Source: a virus. Taken from it: 64,000 bases of DNA. Under the pieces are notes generated by a model. The model saw only the letters and a list, made by a program, of their open reading frames with translations. It ran no database searches and had not been told where the DNA came from. How positions within the stretch are numbered: the first letter of the stretch is position 1; every line of letters begins with the position of its first letter. Below are positions 57,836 through 64,000 of the stretch, piece by piece. Location of the stretch: the UHGV virus genome UHGV-1363143; one strand, written 5' to 3'. The position numbers were made by a program, and so were the translations under genes.

Positions 57836-58045
57836 TTATATTATTGAATATTTCACTATTTGATTTGTTACATCCGTTTCACATGCTGAACAAACATAGA
57901 TAGTTTTTTTATTACCCTTAGTTAATTTAATTCCTGATGGTGTATTAGTTCTTCTTAAAGTAAACACATCATTCTCTTTGAATACTACACCTTTACATTT
58001 AGGGCATTGTATATATTCATTTTCATTAAGCATATTGATTGCCAT
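57836..58045 (-). CDS. small zinc-ribbon protein
   Basis: CPKC...CSAC; 69 aa. Confidence 0.3.
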   Translation of the reverse strand: MAINMLNENEYIQCPKCKGVVFKENDVFTLRRTNTPSGIKLTKGNKKTIYVCSACETDVTNQIVKYSII

Positions 58046-58096
58046 TGAAACTACCTCTTTTCTCTAAATCTTGATAGCAAAAATAGGGAGGAGCTA

Positions 58097-58852
58097 TTAA
58101 GCTCCTTGTGCTTGCTCTTGAGCAGAAACTAACCCTTTTAAGTAATTTACAAACTCTGAAATGTTTTCAGGCATTAAATAGTTTGTTGTTGGTAAAGCAC
58201 CATTTGAGAAAGTATTTATATAATTATCCATATCTGCTTCAACTAATCCATATTTCTTTTTGAACTCATCTAAATAAGCAAAATCTTCTTTATGTTCATC
58301 TAATGCTTCTTCAGTCCATGGATCTTCATAATTCATTAAATTAAAGAAATAAGCTTCATTTTCATCTCTGTATAATTCTAAGCCTATACCAAACATAGTA
58401 GCAGCTTTTTTAAGAGCATCAGTATTGGCACCTTTAAAGATATTTTCTTGCTCAGATTGTCCTCCAACTAAACATTGTGCTCCAGGAGCTGTTTTTGAAA
58501 TTTGATAAAAGCGTCCAGAATCATCTTGTAGATGAACTGTTAATCTACCTATTACATGAGCAACTGGTTGTTGTGGTTCATATTCAGGTGAATCAAGATT
58601 TACTTTCTTTCCATTTACGTACTTTACTTTTATCATCTTAGGCTCACTTTGTTGGATAAATCTTTCGATTATATCCCATGACCATCCTGTATACCCAAAA
58701 GTAGCGTTTAATTTATCAATAACTGCTTGTCCACTTACATATGTTAAGCTAGTTTTTCCCGCAGGCTTTTGTTTGTGGATATACTCTGGTAATGGAGTTG
58801 CAAGAGCTACTTTTAATTCTTTAGGTGTGTTTATTACTTGTAATTCTGACAT
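58097..58852 (-). CDS. Rad52/Sak-family single-strand annealing protein
   Basis: YQISKTAPGAQ...ANTDALKKAATMFGIGLELY is the Rad52/22-family signature; 251 aa. Confidence 0.65.
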   Translation of the reverse strand: MSELQVINTPKELKVALATPLPEYIHKQKPAGKTSLTYVSGQAVIDKLNATFGYTGWSWDIIERFIQQSEPKMIKVKYVNGKKVNLDSPEYEPQQPVAHVIGRLTVHLQDDSGRFYQISKTAPGAQCLVGGQSEQENIFKGANTDALKKAATMFGIGLELYRDENEAYFFNLMNYEDPWTEEALDEHKEDFAYLDEFKKKYGLVEADMDNYINTFSNGALPTTNYLMPENISEFVNYLKGLVSAQEQAQGA

Positions 58853-58864
58853 AAATTTGCCTCC

Positions 58865-59320
58865 TTAAGTTTCAATAATTAAATTTGGATTATACTCAGT
58901 CAATGTCAAGCTGTCTATATCATCGTTTTCGATGTTGATTTTAAACATTTTTATATCATTTTCTATCATGAATTTAGTCATAGTTGGCTCAAACTTATCT
59001 GATATAACACATACAAATGCTAAATTACCTGCTACATCAACATAGAAATTTCTGAATTCTAGCTGCTTTTTTAATTCATAAACAAGATCTCTCATTTCTG
59101 AATTATATTTAACTTCGAAGAATACAGGGGCCACATGTTTAAATGGACTTGGTTTAAGTCCGTAGGCCTCCCTGTCTACTTCTAAGTTAGCAGCTATATC
59201 AACTCTAAAATTTCTAAAACTATATTCAGTTCGCCAAAAACGTAGTTGAGGGAAGTAATCTTCCCATGAATCAACTATTTTTTTTACTATGTCTTTTTCC
59301 TTTAATTTGGTTTTAGACAT
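58865..59320 (-). CDS. hypothetical protein
   Basis: 151-aa ORF. Confidence 0.3.
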   Translation of the reverse strand: MSKTKLKEKDIVKKIVDSWEDYFPQLRFWRTEYSFRNFRVDIAANLEVDREAYGLKPSPFKHVAPVFFEVKYNSEMRDLVYELKKQLEFRNFYVDVAGNLAFVCVISDKFEPTMTKFMIENDIKMFKINIENDDIDSLTLTEYNPNLIIET

Positions 59321-60426
59321 TAATTATTAGAATGACTTTTCTCCATTTTTATTGCTGAAGACATTGTAATAAGTACATCTGATTTATATTTAATAGTGTC
59401 CATAACACTCTTTAAGAAATAGAATCTATTTTTAGTTTCATCATAAACTTCATATAGATTTACATTTTCTCCTTCTGGAGTAACATAATTCATTACTGCA
59501 AGAACTCCAGCTTTCTTTCTAATAGTTTCATTAGCACCTTCTAGGCTAGCAAATTTAACTCTTTCAATTAAACCTTCAGTATCCTTATTTGATAAGCTTT
59601 CGAATAAAGACTTAGTATCTACAAAGTTAACCCATATTTTTTCTCTTAAAGCATTTAATTTGGCTATAGTTTTTTTCATAGCTCCTTCTTGCATGTCTGA
59701 TTCAATAACTATCTTATCTGATTCTTCAATAACTTCTTTTCTGAAGTTTTCCCATTCTTCATCTACAAACTTACTTTTAATAGCTTGTATAGCTTCAGAA
59801 TACTTTATACTAGTAGTTGGCATCTTAAATAAAGTTTCTATTGTTTCAGTAACTTCTGGAGTATCAACTACTTCTTTTGTAGTAGCTTCTTCTGCTTTCT
59901 TTCTAGTTGAAGTTTTTCTACTCTTTGTTTTAGTCTCTTTTTTAGTTTCAGCTTTAGCTTTAGTAGCCTTCTTTTCTTCAACTGCTTCTTTTTTAGTTTC
60001 AGCTTGAGCTGCAGTTGGTTCTTCAACTTTAGTTTCTTTTATATCCTTAATCATTTCTTCAGTAGAAACTTCTTTAGCCTTTTCCTTAACTTCTTCCTTA
60101 GTGTCAGCTTTAGCTTCAACTGGTGCTGGAGTTGGAGAAGTCGCTGGCTTTACTGGTGCTGGTACTGCCCCTGGTTTTGGTACGGCCATTCCTGGTGCTT
60201 TAGGTACTCCTGGGAAACTTGGTTTACCTATAGGTGCAGCTGGTTTACTTGGTACTGCTCCTGGTGCTACAGCTATATTGAATGGTGCTGCTGGTGCAGG
60301 TGTTCCCTTAGGTGCAAATGGATTATTCGTGCTATTAGTCATCTTAGTTCCTCCTGATGTTGCGAATGGATTAACTCCTCCGCCGATTCCTGGTTTATTT
60401 GCTTTAACGTTATCTAAAAAACTCAT
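59320..60426 (-). CDS. protein with a Pro/Ala/Lys-rich disordered N-terminal half and a structured C-terminal domain
   Basis: PAPAAPFNIAVAPGAVPSKPAAPIGKPSFPGVPKAPGMAVPKPGAVPAPVKP... then KEEVKEKAKE repeats; this GC-rich low-complexity coding produces the spurious plus-strand ORFs at 59660-60460. Confidence 0.45.
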   Translation of the reverse strand: MSFLDNVKANKPGIGGGVNPFATSGGTKMTNSTNNPFAPKGTPAPAAPFNIAVAPGAVPSKPAAPIGKPSFPGVPKAPGMAVPKPGAVPAPVKPATSPTPAPVEAKADTKEEVKEKAKEVSTEEMIKDIKETKVEEPTAAQAETKKEAVEEKKATKAKAETKKETKTKSRKTSTRKKAEEATTKEVVDTPEVTETIETLFKMPTTSIKYSEAIQAIKSKFVDEEWENFRKEVIEESDKIVIESDMQEGAMKKTIAKLNALREKIWVNFVDTKSLFESLSNKDTEGLIERVKFASLEGANETIRKKAGVLAVMNYVTPEGENVNLYEVYDETKNRFYFLKSVMDTIKYKSDVLITMSSAIKMEKSHSNN

Positions 60427-60484
60427 AATTCTTGTCTCCTTTATCTTAATTTTTATATAATATTTCTTGTCTTAAATTTACTGT

Positions 60485-61099
60485 TTATATAATTATGTCA
60501 AGCATCTTACTAGCTGCTTCCTCGGCTGTTATGTTTGTAGTATCAATTATTTCTACCTTAGCCTTTCTAGGCTTATAAATATGAATCATATTTAAATAGT
60601 TTAGATTGGCTCCTAATAGATCAACTTTTTCAGAATCTTTGTCCAATCTATTCACTTCATTTCGAAGTTGCATTCTTCTCTTCTTTTCTTCTTCTGATAC
60701 CGTAAAGAAGAAAATAATATTTGGCTCAACTCCATTTAAAGCCTCTTTATTTAAATTGAAGACTTTTTTATGGCCAATACCTTTCATTACACCTTGGTAA
60801 TATAGTGAAGAATATATAAATCTATCACATATAACTGTTTTACCTTGGTCTAATAAATCTTTAATTTTTTTAGTATGCTCTGCTCTACTTGAAGCAAAAA
60901 GATAAGCTTCAGTTAGTGGATCCATATTGTTTTTAAATATTAGCTCTCTAATATCTTCTGCCACAACATTATCTAGTCCACCTGGTTCTCTTGTGAAAAC
61001 TACATTATCATCTGAACCATATAATTCTTTAAGCTTACTAAGTGCTAAAGTCTTACCAGCAAAGTCCATACCTTCGGCTATAATGAATTTCCCAGCCAT
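60485..61099 (-). CDS. tmk: thymidylate kinase
   Basis: FIIAEGMDFAGKT P-loop; TREPGG; lid and DR(F/Y) regions; 204 aa. Confidence 0.85.
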   Translation of the reverse strand: MAGKFIIAEGMDFAGKTLALSKLKELYGSDDNVVFTREPGGLDNVVAEDIRELIFKNNMDPLTEAYLFASSRAEHTKKIKDLLDQGKTVICDRFIYSSLYYQGVMKGIGHKKVFNLNKEALNGVEPNIIFFFTVSEEEKKRRMQLRNEVNRLDKDSEKVDLLGANLNYLNMIHIYKPRKAKVEIIDTTNITAEEAASKMLDIII

Positions 61100-61130
61100 G
61101 CTATCTCACCTCTTCATATTTAAATTATGT

Positions 61131-61161
61131 TTAAAAATAAAAAAAAGCGAATTACTTCGCT
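61131..61161 (-). terminator. rho-independent terminator upstream of tmk
   Basis: stem agcgaa/ttcgct with ttac loop, followed by TTTTTTTTATTTTT on the minus strand. Confidence 0.5.
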
Positions 61162-61275
61162 AAAAATTTGAATATTTTAAATGTAAACCTTTTCTTGTAC
61201 TTTGTACCAAAGCAACTATTAGTGCATTTCGGTACATTTTTACATGTATTACAATCTTGAATCATATCTATCACC

Positions 61276-61656
61276 TTACTGAAATATTGAAACCCCTTCA
61301 TTAAATTCTTCTGCAATATCTCTGAAGAAGTCTTTAAATTCAATTTTTTCATTTGTTATTATTGTACAATCAGCTCCAAGGTAATTTAACTTTTCATGTC
61401 CTACTGATGATACAAAAGCTTTTTCTCCATCTTTGATATGCTTTTTAATTAAATTATAGTAATCATTTTCCGAAAATTCTTCGTCACCATCTTCGTCTAT
61501 TGTGCTAAATAATGGTCCATAAATAGCTACTGTCACTTTATTATTAGAAATGTTAAAGAATTCAGTGCCATTAACTCTTTCTAATTCATCCTTAAATGAA
61601 TCTATATCCTTAACTTCAAACCAATTTGATGTTGTATAACTATTATAATCTGCCAT
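61276..61656 (-). CDS. hypothetical acidic protein
   Basis: 126-aa ORF. Confidence 0.3.
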   Translation of the reverse strand: MADYNSYTTSNWFEVKDIDSFKDELERVNGTEFFNISNNKVTVAIYGPLFSTIDEDGDEEFSENDYYNLIKKHIKDGEKAFVSSVGHEKLNYLGADCTIITNEKIEFKDFFRDIAEEFNEGVSIFQ

Positions 61657-61670
61657 GTTAAATCTCTCCC

Positions 61671-61973
61671 TTAATCTAGATTTTCATTATTCTCTATTCT
61701 TAATCTCAACTCTTCTTTTAATAATCTATAAATCCTAAATTCTTCAGGCCATATGTAAGCTTCATATGCTTCCCTTTCAATTTTCTTTATAGTATTAATT
61801 AGATGAGTATAGTCAAATTCATTTGGAAAAAGCTTTCTTCCATTTTGTGAAACCCAATAACCTTTATTTTGGCGTATACTATACTCTATATCTCTTCCGT
61901 CTTTCATCCTTATTCTAGATCTCATATCAAAGCTATTTCTTAATGATTCATAGTAGCTATTCTCTCTACTCAT
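61671..61973 (-). CDS. hypothetical protein
   Basis: 100-aa ORF. Confidence 0.3.
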   Translation of the reverse strand: MSRENSYYESLRNSFDMRSRIRMKDGRDIEYSIRQNKGYWVSQNGRKLFPNEFDYTHLINTIKKIEREAYEAYIWPEEFRIYRLLKEELRLRIENNENLD

Positions 61974-61982
61974 AGTTATCTC

Positions 61983-62720
61983 CTAAAAAGGTAACTGTAT
62001 ATTGCCTATCCCACAATTAGGATTTTTAGCTAAAGCAATATTAAAAGCATTATATAAATCAGTTAAGAAATTATCTTTATACATATTTAAGATTTCTTCA
62101 TCAAATTTCTCAGCCATTTGTCTAAAAAATCCTGGATGGAAAGTTGGGATTACAGGATATCCTCTATATTCAAATCCTTGTCCCCTACTTTCTAATATAG
62201 ATATCTTTGTTGTACTTAACGCATTTGATGAAACACTACCAAGAGTTATGATAACCGCTGGATTAAGTGCGTCAATAACTTTATCTATATGAGCTTTACA
62301 AGTAGTACGTTCTTTTACACTAGGAATTCTTTTATTTATAGATCCTTTAACTTCTCTAGCTGGATAACAATTAACACTATTCATCATATAAATAGCATTT
62401 CTATTTGCATTGATTACTCCAAGGGCCCTATTTAGAGTATCACCATCTGTATCCATTAGAGGTAATGTTACTGCATTTCTTTGAAGGTATTGTTCTTCAG
62501 AAACATCATCACTAATCATAAGAATAGATGAATTTATATCTCCATAAGTTATTGTTTTTACTCCGAAGTTACAAAGTTCACAATTATTACAAGATTTAAT
62601 GTCGTTATTAATTTTTTCTAATGCATAGCCTTTAACTATGTTTTGTGTATACTTTATAGGATCTTCAGGGTTAGTCATTTTAACTAAAGCCAAAATTTTA
62701 TCTTCTACTGTAATATTCAT
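61983..62720 (-). CDS. uracil-DNA glycosylase superfamily protein, family-4-like (Fe-S type), with a non-canonical motif A
   Basis: CNNCELC; YMMNSVNCYP; IPTFHPGFF as in family-4 UDGs, but ILMISDDVSEEQ replaces the GEAPG motif; 245 aa. Confidence 0.6.
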   Translation of the reverse strand: MNITVEDKILALVKMTNPEDPIKYTQNIVKGYALEKINNDIKSCNNCELCNFGVKTITYGDINSSILMISDDVSEEQYLQRNAVTLPLMDTDGDTLNRALGVINANRNAIYMMNSVNCYPAREVKGSINKRIPSVKERTTCKAHIDKVIDALNPAVIITLGSVSSNALSTTKISILESRGQGFEYRGYPVIPTFHPGFFRQMAEKFDEEILNMYKDNFLTDLYNAFNIALAKNPNCGIGNIQLPF

Positions 62721-63380
62721 CTATAGGCCTCCTTCAGCTAATTTAAATTCTAATTCTTTTATTTTTGCTTTTAATAATTCATTCTCCGCAAACAACTTAG
62801 CTGATTCTGCTTCTTTTAGCATTGCCTTTTTCTCTGCAATGTTTATCTTGTACTCTGCACCTTTTGCTACTCTTCTATCTTCAACCATTGTTTTAACCAT
62901 TGACATTATAGTGTCAGATTCTACTACAATATAGTGGTCACGATCTTCATCCTTAAATGCAAACTTTAAGTACCAAAATTCTTTATCAGCTTCTTTAGCT
63001 TCTTTGTTCAGTTTAATTAACCAACTTTTTTGAATAGTGAATGATTCCTTACCTGGTTGTCTACCTTCATTTTTCTTTTGGTGAGTTTTTAATTCTTCCA
63101 TTATGTTAATAATTCCTCGAATTTCTTCATCACCTTTGATATTACCAGCTCCACTGTTAGGAGTCATTCTTGAGGATACATCACTAAGTAGGTCATGGTT
63201 ATTTACATGATTCCTTGCTTCAAATAATGATCCTTGTCTTTTAGTAACCTTAGCCTTGGCCATAGTCTGTTTTTTCTTAAACTTCGGTTCATAATGATAG
63301 TCTGGTGCTGTACATAAATGGCACTTACTATCTTCATTCTTACAATCTGTTCTACCCCAATCGCAACTCATTTCTTGCAC
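62721..63380 (-). CDS. PD-(D/E)xK nuclease-fold protein, Hjc/RecU-like Holliday-junction-resolvase candidate, with N-terminal Cys cluster
   Basis: QGSLFEARN...RMTPNSGAGNIKGDEEIRGIINIMEELK parallels Hjc GsxxEr...SGG...D...E.K; C-terminal coiled coil; 219 aa. Confidence 0.35.
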   Translation of the reverse strand: MQEMSCDWGRTDCKNEDSKCHLCTAPDYHYEPKFKKKQTMAKAKVTKRQGSLFEARNHVNNHDLLSDVSSRMTPNSGAGNIKGDEEIRGIINIMEELKTHQKKNEGRQPGKESFTIQKSWLIKLNKEAKEADKEFWYLKFAFKDEDRDHYIVVESDTIMSMVKTMVEDRRVAKGAEYKINIAEKKAMLKEAESAKLFAENELLKAKIKELEFKLAEGGL

Positions 63381-63987
63381 CTCCTATTAAATTTGGTTGT
63401 AGCTTATGTGACAATAATTTAAAATCATTTTTTCCATAAAACCCTACTCTTACTGTACAATACATTTGAAACATATTATTCCATCTTGGTACTGTTTCCT
63501 CATTTTTATATATTAAGTGATTAACAGCTATTAAAGTTGCTTCTTCACCATACATAATTGTATTTAGATTTCTTAATAACTTTGGAACATTTTGATTTAC
63601 TTTCATATCAAAACCATTCTTCTCATTCTCAGTTAATATTTCTGGAATAGAATCTATAATAAAAAGATCTACTACATTAATAGTACTTTTTACAAAATTG
63701 ATAATCTCAGTTTCGTCATTAGTAACACAAAGTATTAGTTTTTCATCTTTTGTTAAGCCTCTTGCTTCTAAAAAACCTAATGATTTAGTAGAAGTAGCTA
63801 TATAAGCTACAACTACTTCTTCATTTTTTAAATTTTCTATAATATCAAATAAGAAGCTAGTTTTACCTATGTCTGGCTCACCAGTTATTTCTGTTATCTT
63901 TCCTATAGGTAATCCTCCTCCTATTAAATTGTCAAATGCATTTATATTTGTTTTTAAGCATTTAAAAGGTCTTTTATTAAGAGGCAA
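63352..63987 (-). CDS. small RecA-family ATPase (Sak4-like recombinase candidate)
   Basis: FDNLIGGGLPIGKITEITGEPDIGKTSF is a RecA/RadA Walker A region; Walker B-like LFIIDS; 211 aa; the start codon lies 13 nt from the window end. Confidence 0.55.
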   Translation of the reverse strand: MPLNKRPFKCLKTNINAFDNLIGGGLPIGKITEITGEPDIGKTSFLFDIIENLKNEEVVVAYIATSTKSLGFLEARGLTKDEKLILCVTNDETEIINFVKSTINVVDLFIIDSIPEILTENEKNGFDMKVNQNVPKLLRNLNTIMYGEEATLIAVNHLIYKNEETVPRWNNMFQMYCTVRVGFYGKNDFKLLSHKLQPNLIGGARNELRLG

Positions 63988-64000
63988 TGGAAATCTTGTT

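Overview
This window is 64 kb of AT-rich DNA with the character of the early / DNA-metabolism region of a large Firmicute-type phage or phage-plasmid. Every credible gene is on the minus strand. The genes are tightly packed and punctuated by hairpin + T-run terminators. Recognisable functions include an antirepressor, an RtcB RNA ligase with a Pol-beta-type nucleotidyltransferase, and a 1034-aa triple-domain peptidoglycan hydrolase. A XerC/D-like tyrosine recombinase sits next to AT-rich iterons. Nucleotide metabolism is well represented: dCMP deaminase, DHFR, thymidylate-synthase-family enzyme, FolD, thymidylate kinase, and anaerobic ribonucleotide reductase NrdD/NrdG plus a second divergent NrdG-like protein. 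Replication and recombination genes include a DnaE-type polymerase, primase, two SF2/SNF2 helicases, NAD-dependent ligase, HU, a Rad52-like annealing protein, a Sak4-like RecA-family ATPase, a resolvase-like nuclease, a family-4-like uracil-DNA glycosylase and a Gam-like protein. Also present are GroEL, a sigma factor, an AAA+ ATPase, LemA, a lone MazF/PemK-like toxin, a Nudix hydrolase and a PnuC-NadR NAD+ salvage pair. The most unusual items are these. (1) An E2-like / ubiquitin-like / E1-like gene trio with no recognisable deconjugating peptidase. (2) A UvrD-family helicase gene split by a 581-nt ORF-less group I intron whose R- and S-like core elements are legible. (3) A second intron-like sequence that shares a 14-mer with it. 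(4) A small-membrane-protein gene with a convergent antisense promoter/terminator unit and flanking 23-bp inverted repeats, an arrangement resembling a type I toxin-antitoxin locus.
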